A DNA stretch of 64,000 bases from Minisyncoccota bacterium (GTDB lineage: Archaea; Nanobdellota; Nanobdellia; Pacearchaeales; GW2011-AR1), in the NCBI GenBank assembly GCA_035453125.1, contig DAOTCN010000002.1:289993-353992 (forward strand), written 5' to 3'. Position 1 is the stretch's first letter, and the number at the start of each line of letters is the position of its first letter. The notes under the pieces were generated by a model. The model was not told where the DNA came from and ran no database searches. It was given only the letters and a program-made list of their open reading frames with translations. Positions 43,414 to 53,796 of this stretch are shown here, piece by piece. The position numbers were made by a program, and so were the translations under genes.

Positions 43414-44424
43414 ATGACAAAATCAGATAATCTTGGTGAAAAAGAGATTGTAGAAACTAAATCTGAAAATAATCTTTCGATTGAATCTAATAGCTCAAAG
43501 CCAACTAATAAATGGATGATAGTTGCTTGTGTTCTTGGAGTTATTGCTGTTATACTTCTTATATTACTTATTTCAGATAAAACAGGTCTTACAGGTAATG
43601 TTGTAAATGAAAATGATATGAAAGCAAGAATAACTGCTTTTTTGAATAATGAATTACTTCCGGATGGAGGGGCAGTACTTAAAAGTTTAGATAAAGAGAG
43701 TGGTGTTTATGTTGCTCTTGTGACTGCAAGTGGTCAGGATGTTCCACTTTATTTTACTTATGATGGTAATTTTATAAGTCCTGGTAGAGAATTATATAAA
43801 CTTTCTTCTAATTTTTCAGTTACTTCTACTGATGTTCCTTCTGCACCAAAAAATGTTACTAAATCAGACAAACCTCTTGTTCAATTGTTTGTTATGACTC
43901 ATTGTCCTTACGGTACTCAAGCAGAAAAAGGATTTTTACCTGTAATGGATTTATTGAAAGATAAAGCAAATTTACAAATAAATTTTGTTCATTACTTTAT
44001 GCATGGTGATAAAGAGGAAGAAGAAACTTACAGACAAATTTGTATAAGACAAGATCAATCTACTAAGTTTAATACTTATCTAACTTGTTTCTTAGAAGCA
44101 GGTGATTCAGCAGGATGTTTAACTAAGGCTGGAATTGATACAACAAAGCTTAAGACTTGTATGGATACAAATGCAAAGAAGTATTATGAAATGGATTCTC
44201 AAGCTAGTAAAGCATATGGAGTTCAAGGAAGTCCAACACTTGTTATAAATGGTGTTCAAGCAGACTTTTATCCAAGAAGTCCTGCAAATGCTCTTGATGT
44301 AATCTGTTCTGCATTTAATACAGAACCAAGTGTTTGTTCAACTTCAACACTTTCAACTGCAAATCCTTCACCAGGATTTGGAAGTGGAACAACATCTGCA
44401 AGCACAGATGCTTCTTGCGGATAA
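43414..44424 (+). CDS. Membrane-anchored thioredoxin-fold (DsbA-like) protein with a CPYG site
   Basis: TM segment WMIVACVLGVIAVILLILLI. VMTHCPYGTQAE and GVQGSPTLVINGV follow the DsbA-like layout. S/T-rich C-terminal tail. Confidence 0.5.
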   Translation: MTKSDNLGEKEIVETKSENNLSIESNSSKPTNKWMIVACVLGVIAVILLILLISDKTGLTGNVVNENDMKARITAFLNNELLPDGGAVLKSLDKESGVYVALVTASGQDVPLYFTYDGNFISPGRELYKLSSNFSVTSTDVPSAPKNVTKSDKPLVQLFVMTHCPYGTQAEKGFLPVMDLLKDKANLQINFVHYFMHGDKEEEETYRQICIRQDQSTKFNTYLTCFLEAGDSAGCLTKAGIDTTKLKTCMDTNAKKYYEMDSQASKAYGVQGSPTLVINGVQADFYPRSPANALDVICSAFNTEPSVCSTSTLSTANPSPGFGSGTTSASTDASCG

Positions 44425-44486
44425 ATAATAAATTATTTTTTTGTTAATTAATATTATTTATTTTTAGAAAGATTTTATAAAAAAAT

Positions 44487-45683
44487 TTAATTTAACTTAT
44501 TTATATACTCAATTTCTTGTTCGTTGAGCTTTAGTTCAGACTGTATTTTTGGATTTTTTAAAATTGGTTTTATTACATTGAACTCTTTTGAAGCTTTTGC
44601 TTTTGAGCAGTGTGTTTGAATGGCGTATTTCATAATTATTGTTTTTTTATGTTTGTTTTTTGTATTATTTAGCCATATTTTTAATATTCTTGTTGGTTGT
44701 TGATAATGAGTAAATCCGGTTTTAGGCCTTTTTTTTGAATTTGATATTCCTGCACTTAAAAAGATGTTTTCATAAACTAAAAATCTCCAATATCTTTGTC
44801 TCATTATTCTTCCTCTGAATAAATCAGCTAGACTTAGTATTTCATAAGCTTTAGCTAGTTCTTCACCAGAGTATTCATAAGGGATATTTTCTTCTACCCA
44901 TAAAAATATTTTGTCTAAAGGTAGATTAACTGAGTCATATACTCTTATTGTTTCTTCATTTGGTAAATTTTTAAAGATTAATTTTAATGCATTAAATATG
45001 TCTATTTCTTTATTTCTTTCATTTGCAAATAAATAGTTACTTGTTGCATCTTTTTCAGAAGATATTATTTGAAAATCATTTATTGCAGCTCTCACATCTC
45101 CTTTAGCTCTTACTGCAATAGCAATTATTGCTTGATTATCTATGGGTATATTTTCTTTTCTTGCTATTTCTTGAAGTATTGTTGAAATTTCTTTATAATT
45201 AATTTCTTTTAAGGCAATGATTTTACATGATTTTCTTAAGTCTTTAAATTTTTGATCCCATATATCATTTGCAGTTATTATTATGGGAAATTGTGTTTCT
45301 TCAATTAACCTTATCAATTCGCTTAAGCCACCCTCATCTGTTCTTGTTGAGAGACCATCAACTTCATCAACTAATAGTATTTTTCCTTTGTTAAATAGGC
45401 TTTTTTGTTCTGAAGCTGGTTTTAATTTTATTTGGAGTTGTTCTTTGTTTCTAAAATCAGAAGCATTTAGCTCAAATATTTCAAGATTAAACTCTTTTTT
45501 TATTATATGGGCTATACTTGTTTTACCAATTCCTGTTGGTCCATGCAAAATTGCTGCTTTTTTGGATTTTGGAAATTCATTAAAAAATTTCTTTATTTCT
45601 TCAATTGCTTTATCTTGACCCTTTAAGTCTTGAAAACAGTTTACACGATATTTTTCACACAAGTTATTAAAGATTTTTTCCAT
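44487..45683 (-). CDS. rfcL: Replication factor C, large subunit
   Basis: LHGPTGIGKTS, LLVDEVDG and the AAA+ clamp-loader layout. It is adjacent to rfcS. Confidence 0.85.
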   Translation of the reverse strand: MEKIFNNLCEKYRVNCFQDLKGQDKAIEEIKKFFNEFPKSKKAAILHGPTGIGKTSIAHIIKKEFNLEIFELNASDFRNKEQLQIKLKPASEQKSLFNKGKILLVDEVDGLSTRTDEGGLSELIRLIEETQFPIIITANDIWDQKFKDLRKSCKIIALKEINYKEISTILQEIARKENIPIDNQAIIAIAVRAKGDVRAAINDFQIISSEKDATSNYLFANERNKEIDIFNALKLIFKNLPNEETIRVYDSVNLPLDKIFLWVEENIPYEYSGEELAKAYEILSLADLFRGRIMRQRYWRFLVYENIFLSAGISNSKKRPKTGFTHYQQPTRILKIWLNNTKNKHKKTIIMKYAIQTHCSKAKASKEFNVIKPILKNPKIQSELKLNEQEIEYINKLN

Positions 45684-45763
45684 TTTATAGACGATTAATT
45701 AATTTATTGTAATTGTTTACATAATTTTGAAGGAAGAGCTGTTTTCATGTCTGATTGATCTCT

Positions 45764-46723
45764 TTATTTTCCTCTGCCAGCCATTACAAAGCTTGCAAGC
45801 AGAGCTTCAAGCTGTATAAATTCATCGGAACCCTCTGTTAATCTAAACTCTATTTCACCTGTTTTTTCAGTTAGTTTTACTTTTAGTTCTGGTTCAATAC
45901 TTAAATTCCATATTTCTTTTTGTATTGCTTTTATTATATCTGATCCACCGATACTTTCTTTAAGCATTAAATCTAATAGTTTTTCTTTTGCACTTACAAA
46001 GTCTCCAGAAAGAGAGTATTCAAGTATAATTTTAATATCGCTTGGTTTAATACTTGAAACCATTATTTCAATTAAATCGGGCGTGATGTTATTACTTATT
46101 GCTGCTGTTGTTTGTAATAGGTTTATTGCTCTTCTACAGTCTCCTTCACAGCTTTCAAATAAAGCTTCAACTGCTTTTTCTTCTATTTTTATGTTTTCAT
46201 TTGAAGTTATTCTTTTTATAATTTTTTCAATATCTTTTTTCTCAAGAAGTTTAAATCTAAAAACAGCACATCTTGATTGTATTGGATCAATTATTTTGCT
46301 GCTGTAATTACAAGACATAATAAATCTACAATTTGAAGTATAATTTTCCATTGTTCTTCTTAAAGCATTCTGAGCTTCGTTTGTTAGTGCATCAGCCTCA
46401 TCTAAAAATATAACCTTGAAAGGCACACTTGAAATTGCTTTAGTTCTAGCAAAGTCTTTTACTTTTTGTCTTATTACCTCTATTCCTCGTTCATCTGAAG
46501 CATTGAGTTCAAGATAATTCTCTTTCCATGTATTTTTAAATAACTCTTTAACAACTACTAAAGCTAGAGTAGATTTACCAACTCCTGCAGGTCCTGCAAA
46601 TAATAAATGGGGTATGTTCAATGAATTTGTAAGTGACTTAATTCTTTTTACAATATCATCTTGACCAACAATTTCTTCAAATTTAGAAGGACGATATTTT
46701 TCTGTCCAAATTTCACTCTCCAT
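45764..46723 (-). CDS. rfcS: Replication factor C, small subunit
   Basis: WTEKYRP, FAGPAGVGKST, IFLDEADALT, SRC motif (QSRCAVFRF). Confidence 0.92.
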   Translation of the reverse strand: MESEIWTEKYRPSKFEEIVGQDDIVKRIKSLTNSLNIPHLLFAGPAGVGKSTLALVVVKELFKNTWKENYLELNASDERGIEVIRQKVKDFARTKAISSVPFKVIFLDEADALTNEAQNALRRTMENYTSNCRFIMSCNYSSKIIDPIQSRCAVFRFKLLEKKDIEKIIKRITSNENIKIEEKAVEALFESCEGDCRRAINLLQTTAAISNNITPDLIEIMVSSIKPSDIKIILEYSLSGDFVSAKEKLLDLMLKESIGGSDIIKAIQKEIWNLSIEPELKVKLTEKTGEIEFRLTEGSDEFIQLEALLASFVMAGRGK

Positions 46724-46814
46724 AATTTCTTAAATTTTTGGCGATATAAAAAGATTACTATAGTACAATATGAGATATATATTATTAATAAAAAATATGC
46801 TCTTAAAAATATTT

Positions 46815-46931
46815 TTACTTTGATCTTTCTCTTCTTACTTTCCTAAGATGCTTTGATTTCCTTAATTTTTTACGTTGCCATTTCCAACGCATCTGTCTTT
46901 TTTTCTTCCATCTTCTACTTGATCTTTTCAT
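46815..46931 (-). CDS. rpl41e: Ribosomal protein eL41-like (38 aa, extremely basic)
   Basis: MKRSSRRWKKKRQMRWKWQRKKLRKSKHLRKVRRERSK has the R/K/W composition and RxRSK-type end of eL41. The track's 70-aa version adds an implausible hydrophobic N-terminus. Confidence 0.5.
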   Translation of the reverse strand: MKRSSRRWKKKRQMRWKWQRKKLRKSKHLRKVRRERSK

Positions 46932-47036
46932 ATTTTTAGTAAAAAGAATCTGTTTATAAATGTTCTGTTTATTTAAAATATATAAATTTATGAGAAAAAA
47001 CATTAATTTTATAAAACAAACATTCATTTATAACTC

Positions 47037-47957
47037 ATGATTGAGGTGTATAAAAGGCTTAGTTATGATGATCCTTTAAGAAAATTATCTACATTTGATA
47101 AAAATTCTTGGATTAACATTGTCGATCCTACTGAAAAAGAGTTAAATTCATTGATTAAGAAGTTTAGACTTGATAGAGAAAATGTAATGAATGCTCTTGA
47201 TGTTAATGAAACACCTAGAATTGAATATAACGGAGGAAATCTTTATGTTTTTATGAGGGTTCCAATATCTTCAGACAATCCAACAACATCTTCTTTTTTA
47301 ACAATAATAACTACTAATAATTTTATTACTATTTCTAAAGTTGAACTTAGTATTTTTAAAAATTTTATTAAATCAAGTAAGGGAATTTTAACAAATGAAA
47401 ATAGTCGAAATTTAATTAAACTTCTTTATCTTGTTTCAAGAACTTTTGGTTTTTCTGTTAGAAGAATATTTAAAGAAGTTATTGAGAATAAAAAAAATAT
47501 TCAAGATTTATCAAATAAAGATATATTAAAATTAGTTCTTAAAGAAGATATTTTGAATGATTATAATTTTTCATTTAAACCTATGATTGATATTTATACT
47601 AATCTTATAAAAACAAATAAATTTAGATTTAAAGAAACAGATAAAGAGCTTATTGAAGATTTAATTATTGATATGAATCAGACTTCTGAAATGACAAATC
47701 TTAGTTTAAAGACAATATCTAACATGCGTTCTTATTATTCAACTACTGTTTCAAATAAACTTAATGATACAATCACTCTTTTGACAATACTGACTGTTTT
47801 TTTAAATGTTCCTTTGATTATAACAGGTATTTATGGTATGAATATTGCTTTACCCCTTCAGAATAATTATCATGTAATCTCAATATTGTTGAGTATTGTA
47901 GTAGTTGTTTGGATAGTGTTGTTTATATTTTTTAAAATTAAGAAAGTTATTAATTAA
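47037..47957 (+). CDS. corA: CorA-family magnesium/cobalt transporter
   Basis: GIYGMNIALP (GMN motif) between two C-terminal TM helices. Confidence 0.85.
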   Translation: MIEVYKRLSYDDPLRKLSTFDKNSWINIVDPTEKELNSLIKKFRLDRENVMNALDVNETPRIEYNGGNLYVFMRVPISSDNPTTSSFLTIITTNNFITISKVELSIFKNFIKSSKGILTNENSRNLIKLLYLVSRTFGFSVRRIFKEVIENKKNIQDLSNKDILKLVLKEDILNDYNFSFKPMIDIYTNLIKTNKFRFKETDKELIEDLIIDMNQTSEMTNLSLKTISNMRSYYSTTVSNKLNDTITLLTILTVFLNVPLIITGIYGMNIALPLQNNYHVISILLSIVVVVWIVLFIFFKIKKVIN

Positions 47958-47960
47958 TTT

Positions 47961-48293
47961 TTATAAATTTTCATTAAGCCAACTTTTTATTTTATCTTCA
48001 GGTATTGCACCAACAAATTGATCTACAACTTTTCCATTTTTGAACATTTTAATTACAGGTATGCTCATTATTTCATACTCTTGAGCTTTTTCCTGATTTT
48101 CTTCAACACTTAACTTTGCTAGAATAAATTTACCTTTATAGTTTTCAGCTATTTTGTCTAGAATTGGACCGAGCTGTCTGCACGGACCACACCAACTAGC
48201 CCAGAAATCTACAACAACCGGTGTTTTCTTTGATTTTTCAATAACTTCTTTTTCAAAGTTTAAGTCATTAACTTCTATAACAAATTTTGACAT
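47961..48293 (-). CDS. trxA: Thioredoxin
   Basis: VVDFWASWCGPCRQL active site; 110 aa. Confidence 0.92.
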   Translation of the reverse strand: MSKFVIEVNDLNFEKEVIEKSKKTPVVVDFWASWCGPCRQLGPILDKIAENYKGKFILAKLSVEENQEKAQEYEIMSIPVIKMFKNGKVVDQFVGAIPEDKIKSWLNENL

Positions 48294-48323
48294 ATTAATC
48301 TAAAATTTAAATCATTTATAAAT

Positions 48324-48944
48324 TTAATGTTTTCTTTTTAATAGTATGTAAATTCCAATTATTAATATGCTTATAATTACTGCAATAATAGTTATTGAAT
48401 TAAGATTTTTGTGTATTAATTCCGAATTTTCTCCGTAAATATATCCTAAGTAAATCAATATTGCTGACCAGATACCTGCTCCTAGCATAGTGTACAAGGT
48501 GAATTTAACTTTGTCCATTTTTGCAAATCCTGCTGGTAAAGATATTAGTTGTCTTATTACAGGTATTAATCTTCCAATAAATGTAGTTATTTCTCCATGT
48601 TTTTTGAAGTAATTATCTGATTTTTCAAGACTTTTGTTATCAAGAAACAAAAACTTTCCATATTTATTAATTAATTTTTCAACAGTTTTTCTTCCAAAGT
48701 ATAAGGCTAAATAGTAGTTAACAAATGCACCAACTAAACTTCCAATTATAGCAGCTATAAAAACAAGTATTGCAGACATTTCTCCTTTTGATACTAATAC
48801 GCCTGCAGGAATTAAAACAACTTCGCTTGGGAATGGAATAAATGAACTTTCAATAGTCATTAAAACAAATATTCCAACATAACCTAATCCACTTATTGTT
48901 TCAACTAAAAAGTTTATTATTGGTGTAACAATCTCATTTAACAT
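48324..48944 (-). CDS. DedA-family membrane protein
   Basis: [14 protein letters not shown] and [16 protein letters not shown] motifs. Confidence 0.8.
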   Translation of the reverse strand: MLNEIVTPIINFLVETISGLGYVGIFVLMTIESSFIPFPSEVVLIPAGVLVSKGEMSAILVFIAAIIGSLVGAFVNYYLALYFGRKTVEKLINKYGKFLFLDNKSLEKSDNYFKKHGEITTFIGRLIPVIRQLISLPAGFAKMDKVKFTLYTMLGAGIWSAILIYLGYIYGENSELIHKNLNSITIIAVIISILIIGIYILLKRKH

Positions 48945-48981
48945 ACCATACTAATTAATTTGTTATTTAAATATTTTTAAT

Positions 48982-49989
48982 TTAGTGATTAATTTTTTTT
49001 GTAAAGCATTTAGCAGCAATTAAAGGAAATATAATTGTTGCATCTCCAAAGACTTTAACACTTTTTGCATTTTGATTTATTTTTCCCCAAGAAATAGCTT
49101 CATCTGGATTTGCTCCAGAGTCACTTCCATCAAATTCAGGATTCGAGTTAATGTAAACTGCATAATCTGCACCATTTCTGTACATGTTTGCATTACATAT
49201 TGAATGTTTTATTATTCCACCACCTAAAATTATTATTCCTGTTTTGTTTTTTCCAATTGTAGTATTATTTAACTCCAAAATTTCATTGCTGATATCAAGT
49301 TCAAATTCAGGATGATTTGTTTTGAAAAAATAAATCATGTCACCTAAGCTTCCATCTGTAATTGCTGGACAAAAAACTGGAATTTCATTTTTATAAGCCC
49401 AGTAATAAATTGATTCTTTATTGTTTATTTCTTTGCTTAAAGTTTTGATTAGATCTGAAACTGTTGTTGCCTTTCTCTCTTTTTCTGCTTTTTCATTGAG
49501 TTTTTTTAATATAGGCATAACAAAGTCCTCAAAATCACAATATCTTGAGTTTGGGACAAGAATATTTCCTGTTCTGTTTATTCCTTTATCTCTTAGATTT
49601 GAACCTTTTAGGTTAAATGCACCTAATTTGAAATTACCAAGACATTTTACAAAATCTTCTTCAATTCCTCCAGCTGTTGTTACAATAACATCAACCATTT
49701 TATGTTCTGCAAGATATCTAAAAATATCTCTTAAACCTGAACTAACTAAATTTGAAGTATATCCTAAATAAATGTAAGCATTATTTTTTCTCATTTCATC
49801 AATTATCTCTATTGCCTTTGCAAGATTTGTTGCTTGAAATCCAGTAGTTGAGTAACTGTCAATGAGATTTTCATAATTTACGCCTTTATTGAAATCATAA
49901 CCTTTTATTGAAATTCCTTCTGCTTCTTCGCTTCTTCTAAGTATGTTTTTTCGTGCTTCTTGTTCTTTGTTTGAATTATTTTTTGTCAT
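48982..49989 (-). CDS. dys: Deoxyhypusine synthase
   Basis: TSNLVSSGLR, ILGGGIIKH, DGSDSGANPDEAISWGKI. Confidence 0.9.
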   Translation of the reverse strand: MTKNNSNKEQEARKNILRRSEEAEGISIKGYDFNKGVNYENLIDSYSTTGFQATNLAKAIEIIDEMRKNNAYIYLGYTSNLVSSGLRDIFRYLAEHKMVDVIVTTAGGIEEDFVKCLGNFKLGAFNLKGSNLRDKGINRTGNILVPNSRYCDFEDFVMPILKKLNEKAEKERKATTVSDLIKTLSKEINNKESIYYWAYKNEIPVFCPAITDGSLGDMIYFFKTNHPEFELDISNEILELNNTTIGKNKTGIIILGGGIIKHSICNANMYRNGADYAVYINSNPEFDGSDSGANPDEAISWGKINQNAKSVKVFGDATIIFPLIAAKCFTKKINH

Positions 49990-50212
49990 TTTTATACAAT
50001 CGGTTTATTATAAGATTAATAATAGATTCAGAATTAAAAAAGTTTGCAGTTTTAACTAACATATTGGTATTGCTAAAGATTCAGTTAGTCTGCTAATCAT
50101 AAAAATATTAAAAATCGATGCTTTAAAAGTTTTTTGTTTGGTTATTTTATTTTTAAAAAGGTATTTATATGCAGTTTTGTTGTTATCTAAGAAAATAGTT
50201 AAAAGAGGTATT

Positions 50213-50797
50213 ATGAAAAAAGAATTTAGGTATATTTATTTGTTTAGGCATGGACAGACAGAGTATAATAAAAAAAGAATTTTTACTGGATTGAAAGAGA
50301 GTAAACTAACTCCTCTTGGTGTTAAACAAGCAAAGCTAATTGCTCGCAAACTCAAAAATAAGAAGATTGATATTGCTTATCAGACAAAATTATCTAGAAG
50401 TAAAGATACTTTGAAAGAAGTAATTAAATTTCATCCAGAGTGCAAGAAAGTTATTATTGATAACAGGATGATTGAAAGAAATTATGGAAAATTAAATGGA
50501 ATTCAGCACAAAGATTATGTTAAAAAATATGGACAAGAAAAATTTGATTTGATTCACAGAGGATTTAATGTTAAACCGCCTGCTGGTGAGAGCTTTGTAA
50601 TGATTGAAAAAAGAGTTGAAAGTTTTATTAAGGATTTAACTAAGAAAATAAAGAAAGAAAAGGTTAATGTAATGATTTCGTCTCATGGTAATTCAATAAG
50701 GATTTTTAGGAAGATAATGGAACATTCTTCTGTAAAAGAAACAACAAGTTGGTTTATACCTTACGATAAGGTGTTTGTGTATAAGATAAGAGTTTAG
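50213..50797 (+). CDS. Histidine phosphatase (phosphoglycerate mutase-like) family protein
   Basis: YLFRHGQTEYN (RHG motif) and SSHGNSIR. ATG 50213 is preferred over the upstream TTG. Confidence 0.8.
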   Translation: MKKEFRYIYLFRHGQTEYNKKRIFTGLKESKLTPLGVKQAKLIARKLKNKKIDIAYQTKLSRSKDTLKEVIKFHPECKKVIIDNRMIERNYGKLNGIQHKDYVKKYGQEKFDLIHRGFNVKPPAGESFVMIEKRVESFIKDLTKKIKKEKVNVMISSHGNSIRIFRKIMEHSSVKETTSWFIPYDKVFVYKIRV

Positions 50798-50837
50798 AAA
50801 GATTTAAATAGTAATATCAATTGATATTATTAATAAA

Positions 50838-51137
50838 ATGGAACAATTATTAAAAGATAAAAAAAGTTATCAAGAAACTAATGTGATAGCTAGAAGTCCA
50901 ACATTGCAAACTGTTTTAATGGTTGAAAAATTTATTGAAGAAAATAGTGGAGAATATAAGAAAACAGATTTATTCAAAAATCTTCCAAAAAAAGTAATGT
51001 GGCAGACATTTCAAGTAATAATGGAATATTTAGAAAATACTTATAGAATTGTTTATGATAAAGAAGGATATATTGTTTATATTTGGAATCCAGAATTTGC
51101 AAGAAAAATAAAAGATAGACCTGAAATAAAATTATAA
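50838..51137 (+). CDS. Hypothetical small protein (possible antitoxin partner)
   Basis: ORF 33 nt upstream of a RelE/ParE-like ORF. No motif. Confidence 0.3.
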   Translation: MEQLLKDKKSYQETNVIARSPTLQTVLMVEKFIEENSGEYKKTDLFKNLPKKVMWQTFQVIMEYLENTYRIVYDKEGYIVYIWNPEFARKIKDRPEIKL

Positions 51138-51170
51138 GTCCTAATAAGATTATAATAATCAATCAGATTA

Positions 51171-51494
51171 ATGAAACCTCAAAAAGTTGTATTTTTTGAT
51201 GAAAGTCTTGAAAAATCTTTTAATGATTTAGATAAGGATGATCCAATTAAAAAGTCATTAATTAAAGCTATAGAAGATTTGAAACAAGATGCATTTGCTG
51301 GGAGAAATGTAAAGAAGAATTTAATACCCAAATCACTTATTCAAAAATATGATTTGGCTAACTTATGGATATATAATCTTTCAAATGGTTGGAGAATGCT
51401 ATATGTTTTAACTCACTCCCAAGAAGTTGAGATAATTGCAGTTGTTCTTGATTGGATGAATCATAAAGACTATGAAAGGTTATTTAATTTTTGA
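51171..51494 (+). CDS. RelE/ParE-superfamily toxin-like protein
   Basis: C-terminal pattern LWIYNLSNGWRMLYVL...VEIIAVVLDWMNHKDYERLF resembles RelE/ParE-fold addiction toxins. Confidence 0.45.
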   Translation: MKPQKVVFFDESLEKSFNDLDKDDPIKKSLIKAIEDLKQDAFAGRNVKKNLIPKSLIQKYDLANLWIYNLSNGWRMLYVLTHSQEVEIIAVVLDWMNHKDYERLFNF

Positions 51495-51511
51495 TATAAA
51501 AATAAGAATTT

Positions 51512-52507
51512 TTACGCTGTTTCTTGTTCTTCTGTTGCTAAGAAAGCCCACCATGGTTTTTTAACTCTTATTAACTCACCAGTTTCAGCATCAACTTGTG
51601 CTTTTACCTGCATTTTGCTTTTGATTAGAGCAAGTATTTTTGCTTGTTTTTCTGTATTTAGTTCATATGCCACTTTATTATTTCCAACTTCTTTTAGTTC
51701 AAGTGTGCAGTTTCTTGTTTCACACTTAAGTCTTAGTTTTTCTAAAGCAACTTGTGAAGCAACATCCGGCATTATTTTTATTTCAGCATTTCTTCCATTT
51801 GAAAGTTTAACTTTTAACTTTGTCTGATTTCTTTCTCTATCTTGTTCAGGAGTAATATTTAGTCCATATGTGTGAGATGTTATATTTCTTGATCTTATTC
51901 TTTCATTAATTCCAGATTCATTTTTTTCAATTTCAAATTCTTCTCCGTTTTCACTTATGAATCTATTCCATATTTGATTAGGATTTGAAATACAAATACC
52001 TGTAGAGTTTTCAGCTGATTCATTTTTTGGATAATAACATTCCATATTACCGCAACAGTCTAAACCTATAGCCTTTCCACAAGCCTTTCCATTTGCTGCA
52101 CAGTGTGTGTTTGAGTTGTTTTTTGGGCATTCATCAAACTCACAACCATTATCTGAATTTCTTCCAACAAGAAACCCATTTGAACATTCCTTCATATCTT
52201 GACCACAGATATTTATATTCTGAGTTGTGTTATTTATTCCTGCTAAACAAGCTTCTTTTGAATCAAAAGTCTGTAAATTTTGGTACATATACATCCCACA
52301 GAATTGTTTTTGTTCGCAGTTTTTATTTGTATCATCAAACCAATATAACTGTTTACATCCCGAATTGTTATTTTGTCCGCTATTTGAATTTTCATTAACT
52401 GAACTTCCAGTTATTCTTGCAATTGTATTCTCATTTGTTGCATAAATAAAGTTAACTAAGCTAATTAATAGAATTAACAAAAACATTATTGAAAATGCTT
52501 TTTTCAT
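51512..52507 (-). CDS. Secreted Cys-rich protein with a C-terminal PepSY-like/helical segment
   Basis: Signal FSIMFLLILLISLVNFIYA and multiple CxxC-spaced cysteines. Confidence 0.45.
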   Translation of the reverse strand: MKKAFSIMFLLILLISLVNFIYATNENTIARITGSSVNENSNSGQNNNSGCKQLYWFDDTNKNCEQKQFCGMYMYQNLQTFDSKEACLAGINNTTQNINICGQDMKECSNGFLVGRNSDNGCEFDECPKNNSNTHCAANGKACGKAIGLDCCGNMECYYPKNESAENSTGICISNPNQIWNRFISENGEEFEIEKNESGINERIRSRNITSHTYGLNITPEQDRERNQTKLKVKLSNGRNAEIKIMPDVASQVALEKLRLKCETRNCTLELKEVGNNKVAYELNTEKQAKILALIKSKMQVKAQVDAETGELIRVKKPWWAFLATEEQETA

Positions 52508-52560
52508 ATAACTTTATCTATTTAGGCTTTAAATACTTTTTTAAAGTACTTAATCTTTTT

Positions 52561-53769
52561 ATGTCTATGAATTTGTTTGTTTTGAAAAAAGAGAGGATAT
52601 ATTTTCCAATAATTACTAAATTAGGAATAATAAGTCTTATTGGGGCAATGGCTTCTGCAATGATTAGTACTATTTGGGCAATTTATCTTGATAGTTTTGT
52701 TGATAGTGCTGCAATCGTTGGTTTAATTTCTGGATTTTTGGCATTGGTTTCATTTGTCTCTTATTTTATTTTTATTCCATATATTCAGAAATCAAATAAA
52801 TCTAAAATTTATAGTAGAACAATTCTTTTATTTGGAATACTTTACATTTTGTTTGCTATAAATAAAAGTTTTTACATTTTTATTTTACTTGCAAGTATTA
52901 TGAATCTTCTTTTTACATTTAGACTTACAAGTTTTGGAATAATTATAAAGGATAAATCAAACAAGAAAAAACTTTCACAAAATGAAGGTCTTATGTATAC
53001 TTTTTCTAATATGGCTTGGGTTATTGGACCATTAATTGCAGGATTTTTAGGTGATAAGCTTGGAATAAATTATGTGTTTTTTTTAGGAGCTATTTTCTGT
53101 TTTTTATCTTTCTTTCTGTTTAAAATATCTAAAGTTAAAGATGCACATATTGTAAAGAATCCTGATAAAAACTTAGTTAAAAATTTTATTGAATTTTTTA
53201 AGTACAAACCAAGAGTAATTTCTTATTTGATAAGTGCAGGAATAAGCTTTTGGTGGAGTTTGATTTATATTTTTATACCAGTTTATATGGTTGAACATGG
53301 AATAACTGATATGATTGTGGCTTATTTTCTTTTTGCAATTCCTATACCTCTTATTTTACTTGAGTTTAAATTTGGAAGCATTGCAAGTAAACACGGATTT
53401 AGAAATATTTTTGGAGCAGGATTTTTAATTGTTTCTTTAATAAGTTTAATTTGTTTCTTTTTGATTAGTTTTAATTTTTATTGGATACTTGCTTTGCTTG
53501 TGTTGGCTAGTGTAGGTATGGCAATGCTTGAGCCTACAAGTGAGTCTTATTTTTTTGATATTTCGAAAGAAAGAGATGGCCAGAGATTTTACGGACCACA
53601 TAAAACTTCAATAGATTTAGGACAGTTTTTTGCTAAAGTAATTTCAGGTTTGTTGTTGTTTATTTTGCCCTTTGAGTATCTATTTTTGTTTTTTGCAGCA
53701 GTTATGTTTGTATTGTTTTTAGTTTCATTTAAGATAAAAGAGGTTGTTGAGGCTAAGAAAAGAAAGTGA
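52561..53769 (+). CDS. MFS-type transporter
   Basis: About 12 hydrophobic helices. ATG 52561 avoids the overlap with the convergent gene. Confidence 0.6.
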   Translation: MSMNLFVLKKERIYFPIITKLGIISLIGAMASAMISTIWAIYLDSFVDSAAIVGLISGFLALVSFVSYFIFIPYIQKSNKSKIYSRTILLFGILYILFAINKSFYIFILLASIMNLLFTFRLTSFGIIIKDKSNKKKLSQNEGLMYTFSNMAWVIGPLIAGFLGDKLGINYVFFLGAIFCFLSFFLFKISKVKDAHIVKNPDKNLVKNFIEFFKYKPRVISYLISAGISFWWSLIYIFIPVYMVEHGITDMIVAYFLFAIPIPLILLEFKFGSIASKHGFRNIFGAGFLIVSLISLICFFLISFNFYWILALLVLASVGMAMLEPTSESYFFDISKERDGQRFYGPHKTSIDLGQFFAKVISGLLLFILPFEYLFLFFAAVMFVLFLVSFKIKEVVEAKKRK

Positions 53770-53796
53770 AAATAAACTTAATATACTAAATCTTTC

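Noticed and set aside
45283-45618. 111-aa ORF antisense to rfcL. Similar cases are 49421-49771 antisense to dys and 53922-54269 antisense to the radical SAM gene.
   Set aside because: The opposite-strand genes carry unambiguous conserved motifs, and these ORFs have none.
46932-47027. Hydrophobic N-terminal extension of the eL41-like ORF, and the 46661-46846 plus-strand ORF
   Set aside because: The extension is AT-rich promoter-like sequence with an implausible fusion of a hydrophobic leader to a poly-basic peptide. The plus-strand ORF overlaps the rfcS start region and has no features.
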